Of a DNA stretch of 64,000 nucleotides, positions 52,583-64,000 are shown piece by piece. Source of the DNA: Octopus vulgaris (lineage: Eukaryota). The notes beneath the pieces were generated by a model. It saw nothing but the letters and a program-made list of their open reading frames with translations. It was not told the origin of the DNA and did no database searches. A program made the position numbers and the translations under genes. The DNA lies in contig OX597829.1 in NCBI GenBank assembly GCA_951406725.2, positions 58,032,001 through 58,096,000 of the forward strand. The letters run 5' to 3'. Each line of letters begins with the position of its first letter. Position 1 is the first letter of the stretch.

Positions 52583-54599
52583 TACACATATATATATATA
52601 TATATATACATGCACAAACAAAATATATGCGTATAAGTATATAAATCAGGCAATCATAATCTAGATATTACTTAATACAACCACGTAACGTGAACAAATT
52701 CAATTTTAGAATCCAAAATAGTAAATCCAAACTTTATGTCTAAGCTGAATTTAATCCACAAAGTTAATGTTTATGTTTTATGCATATTAAAGATTTTAAA
52801 AAATATATTGGGGATTAGGGATCGGTCATTTAAAATTGTGAGCTATTTCCAATTGGCTAATTCATTTGAACTTATTCGCTAGGCCTATTGTAAGCAATAG
52901 GAGGTCAGATTATTAGTTAAATAAATCATATTAGTTTATCTAAACTAAATAAGTTGTTAAATAAGAGTCCATTCATCTATATGCTAAGACTTGGATAGAT
53001 ATTTACAAAAAACACAGACAACAATATCTTCAATCGAAGTGCATTTGTACTCACATATATATAGCTACGTAAACAAAACTACATATACGTTGGACACCAT
53101 AAATGTACATCCAATGAAATACATATAAATATACGTATACATCAATTCACATATACACAAGCATACATTCATACATGTGAATGAAAATACTCTTGCATAC
53201 TGTCAATACATATATATAAATATGTATCTATCTATACACATACATACACACACACAGTCCCTCTTACAATCCACATAAACGGACACATATACACATTCAA
53301 ACAAACATACATACATACATACTTATCCATACACCTATGTTCATACATCTAAATTCCTACATCAATAATATACAAAAGCTTACAAAATTAACCCTATTAA
53401 TAAGTATGTCTACAATTATACATGGATAGACACAGAAAGCAAACATTAGTAGTTCCAATCAGATTAAGGCGCAGTGTGGCTGTGTGGTAAGTAGCTTGCT
53501 TACGAACCACATGGTTCCTGGTTCATTCCCACTGCGTGGCACCTTGGCCAAGTGTCTTCTACTATAGCCTTGTAAGTGGATTTGGTAGACGGAAACTAAA
53601 AGAAGCCCATTGCATATATGTATATAGGCGCAGGAGTGGCTGTGTGGTAAGTAGCTTACCAACCACATGGTTCTGGGTTCAGTCCCACTGCATGGCACCT
53701 TGGGCAAGTGTCTTGTACTATAGCCTCAGGTCGACCAAAGCCTTGTGAGTGGATTTGGGAGATGGAAACTGAAAGAAGCCTGTCGTATATATATGTGTGT
53801 GTGTTTGTCCCCCCAGCGTTGCTTGACAATTGATGCTGGTGTGTTTACGTTCCTGTAACTTTACGTTCCTGCAGTTCGGCAAAAGAGACTGATAGAATAT
53901 GTACTGGGCTTACAAAGAATAAGTCCTGGGGTCGATTTGCTTGATTAAAGGCGGTGCTCCAGCATGGCCACAGTCAAATGACTGAAACAAGTAAAAGAGT
54001 AAATACAGCATTTCTTTGAGTTTTCTGTCCTTTTTTAAAATCCATACAAATGATCATAAAACACTGATATGCCCTCTGTGTTTGTGTCTGTGTATTTCTT
54101 GTTTGTCATTTGATTACAGCCATACTGGAGCACTACCTTTAGTCGAACAAATCGACCCCAGGACTTATTCTATCAGTCTCTTTTGCTGAACCACCAAGTA
54201 ATAAGGATGTAAACACACCAAGTGATGGTAGGCAGACAAACACAGAAACACACACACACACACACACACACACAATAGGCTTCTTTCTGTTTCCATTTAC
54301 TAAAGTCCAAGCGTGTAGTGGAAGAAACTTGCTCAAGGTGCCATGCAGTGGGGTTGAACCCAGAATCATGTGGTTGGGAAGCAAGCTTCTTACCACGCTT
54401 ATTGTATATACATATACCATTTAAACTGGTCAAATATTTTACCCGTTCTGTATTCGTAGCAGCCAGGCTTTTCATGCCTACCCTCAATGACATTTTAATT
54501 AAAGAATCACTTTGTCAAAATCTCAGTGCCAATTACTTCAGAATGATCTGAATAAATAATAATTACATTTGTCAGTAATCTGAAAGCTGAATGGTTACA

Positions 54600-55420
54600 A
54601 TAAGAACTGTAATTTATTTAGATTATTTAAATTTGACAGATATTTGTCCTTGTCTTGTTTGTTGTTAACACAACGTTTTGGCTGATATACCCTCCAGCCT
54701 TCATCAGGTGTCTTGGGGAAATTTCGAACCTGGGTTCTCATTCCTAAGGAATTTTTTGATGTTATTACTATTGTTGAGGTCACTGCTTGGCATCGAACTC
54801 AGAATCTTGGGGTTAGTAGCCTGCGCTCTTAACCACTACGCCATATGCCTGTGTGTATTTATGGAATGAATTTTAGGGCTTATAAATCTAATATTTTCCT
54901 AATACCAGTTCCCATATGCTGCTCATATCTGCACTCGGTCTGCTTAGGAGGTTGTTGTGTCCTAGCATATGTGCTGCTTCTTTTAGTTTTTGTATTTTCC
55001 AGTGGTGTTCTCTGTCTATTATTTTAACTTCATCCCACATGGGGAGGTGGTCTCCATTTTTGTATACATGATCAGCTATACCCGATTTATCAATATCTCC
55101 ACATGTCACAGCTTTACGATGTTCATCTACCCTTATATAGAGGTGGCGGCATGTTTCGCCTTTGTATAACCTTATCATAGCTGCATGGGATGGAGTACAC
55201 GTAGTCTTTGGTCATATTCTCTTCTATTTGCGGCTTTACTCGAAGGATATGTTTGTGAAGTGTTGTATTACTCTTGAATACTCTCCTGATGTCATAGGGG
55301 CCGCATATCTTTTGTATCTTTTTGGAGAGGCCTTTCACATAGGGTACCCAAGTTCAAAATTTCCCCAAGACACCTAATGAAGGCTGGAAGGTATATCAGC
55401 CAAAACCTTGTGTTAACAAG
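54600..55420 (-). mobile_element. Penelope-like element remnant: frameshifted GIY-YIG endonuclease between inverted hammerhead-bearing terminal repeats
   Basis: VYSIPCS..(frameshift)..YKGETCRHLYIRVDEHRK..SGIADHV..KLKEAAHM. The hammerhead repeat occurs on minus at 54667-54712 and inverted on plus at 55369-55414; both have CAAAAC in place of CGAAAC. Confidence 0.88.
54778..54849 (-). other. tRNA-like Pol III promoter module in the Penelope 3' region (not a bona fide tRNA)
   Basis: GGCATATGGCGTAGTGGTTAAGAGCGCAGGCTACTAACCCCAAGATTCTGAGTTCGATGCCAAGCAGTGACC has A-box TGGCGTAGTGG and B-box GAGTTCGATGCC; the acceptor stem is imperfect. Confidence 0.7.
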
Positions 55421-56034
55421 AAACTGCTTCTTAAACTCCTATGTCTTGTGGGGTCACCTAGGCACCTCATCATTATTTCTCTCTTAAAGCTCCCACTTTC
55501 ATTCTCTCTGTCTCTCACTTCCTAGATGCAGGTCTTTTACAAGAACCTGCCCCTGCACACTTCAATTTGCTGTTCCCTTGCAAAAAGCTGGCCCCTCATC
55601 TCTCGCTTTGTAGTTAGGCAGGCTGCATGGCAACCTTAATAGTGCAGTTAATATGAAAGGAGCACTTAGTACATACTCTAAAGTACTTGGTGATTGGTAG
55701 GGCACTTGTCTCTAGCCCTTACCTTAACAAACACTAGAGCACAATGACGTCCTAAGATACACTGGAGTCTGTCAAACTGTCCAATGAGTATCATTATGGA
55801 AAATGGACGTTAAATGATCATCATTATTCTTTATTCATTATTCATCTACTTGTTTCAGTCATTTGACTGCGGCCATGCTGGAGCACTGCCTTTAGTCAAG
55901 CAAATCGATCCCCAGGGCTTATTCTTTGTAAGCCTAGTACTTATTCTATCAGCCTCTTTTGCCGAACCACTTAGTTACAGGGATGTAAACACACCAATAT
56001 CGGTTGTCAAGTGATGTTGGTGGGGACAACACAA

Positions 56035-56065
<31 letters not shown>

Positions 56066-56330
56066 TTTTTATATACATATATACAACGGGCTTCTTTCAG
56101 TTTCCATCTACCAAATCCATTCACAAGGCTTTGGTTGGCCTGAGGCTATAGTAGAAGACACTTGCCCAAGGTGCCATGCAGTGGGACTGAACCCGGAACC
56201 ATGTAGTTGGAAAGCAAGCTACTTACCATGCAGCCACTCCTACGCCATGCATAATTTATTCTTAAAAGTTGAATACAGTTTGTTTGTCTTGGTAAACCTC
56301 TTATTTATGTTTTGCTTTCTCAATTTTTAG

Positions 56331-56422
56331 CAAGACCTGTTGTTTTAAAGGCCAAGCAAAGCCGTCTACAACGAGACGATTTTGAAACCCTGAAAATTAT
56401 TGGTCGTGGAGCATTTGGTGAG
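56331..56422 (+). CDS. CDC42BPA: MRCK coding exon 2 (kinase Gly-rich loop)
   Basis: tttttAG|CA AGA..: (A)RPVVLKAKQSRLQRDDFETLKIIGRGAFGE|gtaagt. The phase matches exon 1. Confidence 0.96.
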
Positions 56423-56459
56423 GTAAGTTTTTAATTATTTAATCAATGTCCTCTATTTT

Positions 56460-58470
56460 AGCTCATCATTCTTGTTATTCTGTTGTGTCTGGGGAGAGTC
56501 ACTTTCTTTTTGTGCCTTATAATGTAACAACACACTCACCGGTAAAATTTCCACTTATTTCTTTTTTTTATTTTCCGAAAATTTTCGTTGTGTCTTGCAA
56601 CCTTTTCAATAGTTTTGACTCTGTCCGTTATTTACATTGCGTTCCCTTTTGTTTGTTCGTGCTCATGTGTGGGGCAGTGTGTGTGCGTGTGTGTGCTTAT
56701 ACATGCATAATTGTACGTATGTGTGCATGTGTATGTATGTATATGTATGTATGCATATGTATGTATTTATGTATGTGTGTGCATCTGTATGTACGTATCC
56801 TGCATATTTATGTGCTTGCCTGTCCGTGTTTGTGTATTTTCTATGTATGTGTGTGTGAGCGTGTGTTTGTATATGTATGCACCTCTGTCTCCTTGTGTGT
56901 GTGTGTGTGTGTTTTGCAACTATGTAGCATGTTTGTATGTATCTCTATATGTGTGGACACGTGTCTTCATATGTGTCCTTGTGTGGAGTAAAGTGTGTGT
57001 GTATATATGGTCATGTGTTTCAGTCTCCATTTGCGTATCAAGTGCTTGTCTGTTCATATAACCTATATACCTATCTGTCTGTACGTTGATCTGTTTATTT
57101 TCATATCCATATGCTTACATACAAAAAAGAAATACATACCCACATACACATACATACATCTCTCTACCTAACAGTCCACTAACTATTCTACTCCACCTGT
57201 GTAACTGGGTATGGAGGTATGGTGTCTACTATGTATATTTCCTATTTAGTATTGGGGAGGTTTCATTTATAAGGACGTACTCCCGTATTTGTCTGAGTGT
57301 TGGGTCTTTTGGGTGCTTGGAAAAGATGCAAATGTCAAGTTGACCCAAGTTGCTTCCCTGGTGGTCTTTGGCATGTTGGTAGGGTACAGAGGACTGTTTT
57401 TTCTCATCATATTGTCTCAGATGTTCATTTAGTTGTTCCGCAATGCTTCTAGATGTCTCCCCTATGTATGTCATGTTCTTGTCTTTACAAGCACCTTCTA
57501 TGCATCTTATGCTGTAAACTACATTTCTATTTCTACAGTTAATGCCAGGGCTAATCCTACATACCATGCAGTTATCATTGGTGCATATGGTATTCTTAAA
57601 AGGGGTACATCCTACATAGTTGTGATCTGACGGAGCTCCCTGGCTTTTCAACAGTTTTAATGTTGAGTTTGGTCTCCTTCAGAGCTTTTCTAAATCTACG
57701 GGCTAGCTGTGGCCTCTACAAACATCACTCCTTGATATTGGTTGGTTTTATACCACGTGTTCACCCTGTTTGCTTTGTCACAAGTTCTTTGCATTCTATT
57801 CCATTCTTTGTTTCTATATCTAGGGCAGGTACCACTGGTATCATCACATATAATATTATCTAATTTCTTTCTAACCCCCCTGTATACTCGAACCCTATCT
57901 TTCTGATCATATCCAGAGAACTGCATGACCATATATACACACACACACACACTTTACTCCACACAAGGATACATATGGATTCACACACATAGAGATGCAC
58001 ATCCATACATACATACAAACATGGTACATAGTTGCATAACACACACAAGGAGACAGAGGTGCATACATATACAAACACACGCTCACACACACATACATAG
58101 AAAATAAACAAACACGTACATGCAAGCACATAAATATGCAGGATACACGTATACAGATGCACACACACACACATACATGCATATGCATACACACACATAT
58201 ACATACAAACACATGTAAAAACACACACACACATACATACGTACATGCGTGCATGTATAGGCACACACACAGACCCAAAGGGCTAGGGTTAGGGAGCGCA
58301 ATGTAAATAAGGGACAGAGTCAAGACTATTGAAAAGGTTGCAAGATGCAACGGAAATTTTAGTAAAATAAAAATAAGAAATAAGTGGAAATTTTACCGGT
58401 GTGTGTGTTAAATAATAAGGCACCAAAAGAGAATGACTCTCCCCAGATGCAACAGAATATGCTTCAGCAC
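56460..58470 (-). mobile_element. Penelope-like remnant: GIY-YIG ORF (57229-57651) flanked by ~540-bp inverted pseudo-LTRs
   Basis: C..C motif, NVVYSIRC..TYIGETSRSIAEQLNEH..LRQIREYVLINETSPILNRK. About 56475-57015 is the reverse complement of about 57924-58460. Confidence 0.9.
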
Positions 58471-61400
58471 AAGAACTCATATAAAGAATCTTGCAAACCA
58501 AATCCCAAAACGAAATTCTTGTTATTGAATGTCCTCCTTCCAAGTTGGCATGGTTGGAAGGTCTGGCAGCATATGGTGTATCCAAAAACAGCATCATGTT
58601 CGAATGTGCTTTGCACGGTTTTTATCAACTCCTAAGTGGTGGCGCAATGGCCCAGTGGTTAGGGCAGCAGACTCGTGGTTGTAGGATCACGGCTTTGATT
58701 CCCAGACCAGGCGTTGAGTGTTTATTGAGCAAATACACCTAAAGTTCCACAAAACTCCAGTAGGAGGTGGTGGCGACCCCTGCTGTACTCTTTCACCGCA
58801 ACTTTCTCTCACTCCTTCTTCCTGTTTCTGTTGTACCTGTATTTGAAAAGGACCAGCCATATGCTGAATCTCCCCAAGAACTACATTAAGGGTCCAAGTG
58901 TCTGTGGAGTGCTCAGTCACTTGTATGTTAATTTCACGAACAGGCTGTTCCGTTGATTGGTTCATCTGGGACCCTTGTCGTCTTAACCGACTGAGTGTCA
59001 ACCATAGTCATGTAAAATGGCCAAGAAGTCCAAAATTATTCACACTTTTGCCAAAACTTCAGGTTTACTGCACTGGTTTCAGCATTCACATGCTAAAATG
59101 GGGCATTCTTATGGTTACGTAACCAAGCTTTGACATTGATCACTCCAGTTTTTCTTCCTTGTGTTACAGGGAAACCTCAACGTTGTAACCGACTGAGTGC
59201 CAACCACCACGCTCTTCCATGCTACCTACATTTTGAAGGACTATGAACTCTGGGTGGAGGATCTGCTTTATGCTAAGGGATGATGGGATTACTATGACAG
59301 TGTGTGGCAAAAACAGGTACTTGTTGAGGGATCTACATGGCTCTTCATATATAATAGGAGGTAGGAAGAGAAGCAAAATAAACGGGAGCTGCAAAAGATA
59401 GATAATGACAATATAGGGCCTAGGTGCCCCTACAAGGGGAAAGGTGAGTTGAGGAACCATTTTGTAAGTAAGGGAAGGGGTAAAAAAGAGAAGGAGTAGA
59501 AATAGAGAATGGCAATAAGATATCTAAGGGATCCTTCACTGGTACACACAGGAGTGGCTGTGTGGTAAGTAGCTTGCTAACCAACCACATGGCTCCGGGT
59601 TCAGTCCCACTGCGTGGCACCTTGGGCAAGTGTCTTCTACTATAGCCTTGGGCTGACCAAAGCCTTGTGAGTGGATTTGGTAGACGGAAACTGAAAGAAG
59701 CCCGTTGTATATATATTATATAGGTACGGGATTGGCTGTGTGGTAAGTAGCTTGCTTACAAACCACATGGTTTTGGGTTCAGTCCCACTGCGTAGCACCT
59801 TGGGCAAGTGTCTTCTACTATAGCCTCGAGATGACCAAAGGCTTGTGAGTAGATTTGTATTTTGTTGATCATATCAAGTGGAACCCTTGTCGTCATAACT
59901 GACAGTGCCAACCGACCATTGAAGAGATGGGAGCTGACTGGGCCCACTGCTCAGAGGGTTACTTAGATGACCCAAGCAGTTTCTGGCAATTATGGCTCAT
60001 GCCCCTAATGTTTGAGACATCTGGCACATTGCTATATTCAAGAAGACCTCACCACAGCAGAATTCATATCCTAAAACCACCTTCATAATGCTTGGCTCTC
60101 CCCCCATCGTCATCTTATCCCTTAACACTCATCACTTTTCTATCACCCAAGAGCAGTATACACACATACAGAACTGGTCACCTTTCTCACTCCCTCCATC
60201 TCAAACCATGGCCATTTCTTATTATTTATTCCACGAATCATCTCCTTTCTCTGCCTTCCTCTTCTCTGCTGTTCCCCATCATTAACCCCTCACTTGTCGG
60301 CTTCCATCTTCAATGCCCTTCACATAACACTCCATCTTTTGTTTACAGTCACCTTCATCCTAACCACACACCCATTCCAAACCTCTGTATCACTTCACCT
60401 ATTCTCACCATCCCCGAAGCCCCTTGAGGGCATGTCCTGATACATCTTCATATTTTTCTCACTGTCACCCTCCTTATCTTACTCCCTAATCCACTTTCCT
60501 TTCCATTCCAGCTGGGTAATTCATACATCTACACCAAAACCCTTGTCTTTCTCCTATATTTTAATCTCTCTGGGTGGAGGATCAGCTTTATGCTAAAGGA
60601 TGATGGGATTACTATGACAGGGTGGACAAAACAGGTACTTGTTGAGGGATCTCAACAATATGGGACCCTTGTCGTCATGACTGACGGAGTGCCAACCGTA
60701 GTCATGTAAAATGGCCAGGAAGTCCAAAATTATTCACACTTTTGCCAAAACTTCAGGTTTACTGCATTGGCTTTAGCATTCACATGCTAAAACGGGGCAT
60801 TCTTATGGTACTTAAAAGGTACTTGGTAACTCTGTCAGTGCTGGTGCCACATAAAAAGCATGCTCTGCAAAGTGGTTGGTGTTAGGAAGGGCATCGTGAT
60901 GTAGAAACTACAGCAAAACAGACAGTAGACTTTTGAACAGCTCCCAGCTTTACCAGCTCCCAGCTTTACCAGCTCCTATCAAATCCAACCCATGCCAGCA
61001 TGAAAAACGGATTATGAACGAAATGATGATGATGATGATGATATCATTTTATATTTGTATAAAGGGCGTAGGAATGGCTCTGTGGTAAGTAGCTTGCTTA
61101 CCAACCACATGGTCTGGGTTCAGTCCCACTGCATGGCACCTTGGGGAAGTGCCTTCTACTATAGTCTCGGGCTGACCACGCCTTGTGTAGTGGATTTGAT
61201 AGACAGAAACTGAAAGAAGCCCGTCATATATATATATGCATATATGTTTGTTGCCCCAACATTGCTTGACAACCGATGCTGGTGTGTTTACATCCCTGTA
61301 ACTTAGCGGTTTGGCAAAAGTGACTGTTAGAATAAGTACTAGGCTTACAAAGAATAAGTCCTTGGGTCGATTTGCTTGACTAAAGGTGGTTCTCCAGCAT

Positions 61401-61798
61401 GGCCACAGTCAAATGACTGAAACAATTAAAAGAGTCAAAAAGGGCGGTGAGCTGGCAGAATCGTTAGCATGCCGGGCGAAATGCTTAGTAGTATTTTCAT
61501 CTACCACTATGTTCTGAGTTCAAATTCCGCCGAGGTCAACTTTGACTTTCATCCTCTCGGGGTCAATTAAATCCCCCCTATGTTTAGCCCCCCTATGGGC
61601 AATAAGGAAATAGATATCATTTTTATATTTTTCTCACTGTCGCTCACCTTATCTGACAGCAAAACAGAGCTTTGAACAGCTCCCAGCCTTATCAGCTCCT
61701 ATCAAATCATCCAACCCATGCCAGCATGAAAAACAGATGATGTACGAAATGATGATAACGATGATGACAGTGATATCATTTTTATGTTTCCATTTTAG

Positions 61799-61882
61799 GT
61801 TGCTGTAGTGAAATTGAAAGGAACAGAAGAAGTGTATGCTATGAAGATCCTCAACAAGTGGGAAATGCTAAAGAGGGCCGAG
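61799..61882 (+). CDS. CDC42BPA: MRCK coding exon 3 (catalytic Lys in YAMK)
   Basis: cattttAG|[28 protein letters not shown]|gtgagt, phase 0. Confidence 0.97.
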
Positions 61883-62344
61883 GTGAGTTATATCTATTGT
61901 GGTCACCCTTAATTACTTTCATTAAGACTTTAACTTATATATTTAACCCCTTAATGGATCAATTATTTTGACATGGTGTTTCATTTCAGAGCATATTTAT
62001 TTATTTCCTTTTTTAACGATATACCCTGTGTTAATTACAAAAAAAATTTTTTTTTATATCCGCCGGACTGGCTCCTGTTCAGGTGGCATGTAAAAAACAC
62101 CATTTGAGCGTGGGCGTTGCCAATACTGCCTGACCGGCCCTCGTGCCGGTTGCACATAAAAGCACCCGCTACACTCTTGGAATTTTTGGCGTTAGGAAGG
62201 GCATCCAGCTGCAGATACTCTGCCAGATCAGATTGGGGCCTAGAGCAGCCATCTGGTTCACCAGCCCTCAGTCAAATCGTCCAACCCATTGTATCATGGA
62301 AAGCAGACGTTAAACGATGATGATGATGATGATCATCATCATTT

Positions 62345-62495
62345 TCTTTTCAGCTAAAACAGTCTCCAGTTCTTGTAGTAATGATGTGGAGGGTATCGAC
62401 TCCTTGTTTTTCTAAAATACATCATAAATGTTCAATAATATTGAGATCTGCAGACTATGGTGGCTAGATAAGATGTTCAAATTCCCTAGAATGTA
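62345..62495 (-). mobile_element. Tc1 (DD34E) transposase relic
   Basis: HLI*PP*SADLNIIEHL*CILEKQ..LQELETVL resembles WPPQSPDLNIIEHLW. Confidence 0.65.
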
Positions 62496-62580
62496 TTATG
62501 TATTCCTTTAGCTTTTAAACTGGCCCAAGTGTTCTCACTATTCTGCTTATCATTGAATTACACTTTTCATTCTGTTTCAG

Positions 62581-62676
62581 ACGGCCTGCTTCAAAGAAGA
62601 ACGAGATGTACTGGTGTATGGAGACAGACGCTGGATCACAAATTTACATTATGCTTTTCAGGATGACAATCACTTG
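62581..62676 (+). CDS. CDC42BPA: MRCK coding exon 4; the gene continues beyond the window
   Basis: tgtttcAG|[32 protein letters not shown]|gtaagt, phase 0. Near-identical to human [34 protein letters not shown]. Confidence 0.97.
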
Positions 62677-62887
62677 GTAAGTCTATTGTTTTTACTCTTT
62701 TACTTGTTTGTCATTTGACTGTGGCCATGCTCGAGCATCGCCTTCAGTTGAGCAAATCAACCCCAGGACTTATTTTTGGAAGCCTAGTACTTATTCTATC
62801 GGTCTCTTTTGCCAAACTGCTAAGTTACGGGGATGTAAACACACCACCATTGGTTGTCAAGCGATGTTGGGGGACAAACACAAACAT

Positions 62888-62929
<42 letters not shown>

Positions 62930-63041
62930 TGTTGTATTTTGGAATGGTCATGTTGCCAGTTTAGCCAATAAAAACTATATATTTGATGTTACTTTGCTTC
63001 AGCATTATTTATTTTTTACATTAATCTTAATCTTATTTCGG

Positions 63042-63082
63042 CCAGAGTTCTTTCGTCACACTTCTGTGACCTCATCAGTGAT
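63042..63082 (-). ncRNA. Minimal type I hammerhead-like motif
   Basis: Minus strand reads ATCA-CTGATGA-G-GTCAC(agaagt)GTGAC-GAAA-GAACTC-TGG, with intact core boxes, a 5-bp helix II and a weak helix I. Confidence 0.55.
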
Positions 63083-63289
63083 CCTTTGCTTTCTCCTTTC
63101 TTTTTATTGGCTAAACTGGCAACATGACCATTCCTTAATACAACAATATCTGTTTCAACACATGATTTCACATCAAATATCTTGCATTGTTTATACCTTT
63201 TATTCTTTTGAATAAGTATCAGTGGAATTTTTGAAACATATGTAGAAAGTAAAAATACTTGTTTAAACCTGCGTTAACTCCATTTTTTA

Positions 63290-63339
<50 letters not shown>

Positions 63340-64000
63340 CATATATACATATATACATATATACAATGGGCTTCTTTCAGTTTCGGTCTACCAAATCCAC
63401 TCACAAGGCTTTTGTTGGCCCAAGGCTATAGTAGAAGACATTTGCCCAAGGTGACACTCAGTGGAAATGGACCCGGAATCATGTGGTTGGTAAGCTAGCT
63501 ACTTGCCACACAGTCACTCCTGCGCCTATTTTAATTTCCGCTAACTCTGCAGTCTTTTATTCTTAGTTAGATCAAACAGTAATGTTGTCATGTGGAGGAA
63601 CAATGGCCCAGTGGTTAGGGCAGCAGATTTGTGGTCGTCGGATCACGATTTCGATTCCCAGATCGGTCATTGTGTGTGTTTATTGAGTGAAAGCACCTAA
63701 AGTTTGACGAGGCTCCAGCAGGGATGGTGGCGAACCCTGCTGTATTATTTCACCACAACTTTCTCTCACTCCTTCTTCCTGTTTCTATCGTACCTGTATT
63801 TCAAAGAGGCCAGCTTTGTCACACTCTGTGTGACACTGAATCTCCTCGAGAACTATGTTAAGGGTACGTGTCTGTGGAGTGCTCAGCCACTTGCATGTTA
63901 ATTTCATGAGCAGGCTGTTCTGTTGATTGGTTCATCTGGGACCCTTGTCGTCTTAACCAACTGAGTGCCAACCATAAAATAATAAAACCATAGTAAAATA

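Overview
AT-rich, very repeat-dense animal genomic DNA, probably from an octopod cephalopod (inferred from the SINE and microsatellite landscape, not proven). Two host genes can be read from the sequence. (1) The first four coding exons of an MRCK/CDC42BP (genghis khan-type, DMPK family) Ser/Thr kinase lie on + at 19097-19265, 56331-56422, 61799-61882 and 62581-62676, with GT-AG junctions, consistent phases and a 37-kb first intron. (2) The terminal coding exon of TIMM21 lies on - at 1679-1768; I could not find its upstream exons. The rest is mostly transposon-derived: two RTE LINEs (one nested in a CR1-type LINE with a TATCA target-site duplication), a BovB-like RTE end just upstream of MRCK, CR1 fragments, two Penelope-like GIY-YIG remnants with inverted pseudo-LTRs, mariner/maT/Tc1 relics, a probable solo LTR, Helitron ends, dozens of tRNA-derived SINEs and multi-kb (TA/TG) microsatellites. 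The most unusual signal is about 11 minimal type I hammerhead ribozyme motifs from several unrelated families, many fold-back inverted repeats, and a tRNA-like Pol III promoter placed just upstream of a hammerhead in a Penelope terminal repeat. None of this proves a new biological system. The long YI/CM-rich ORFs in the ORF track are microsatellite artefacts. Repeat boundaries are approximate and read by eye.
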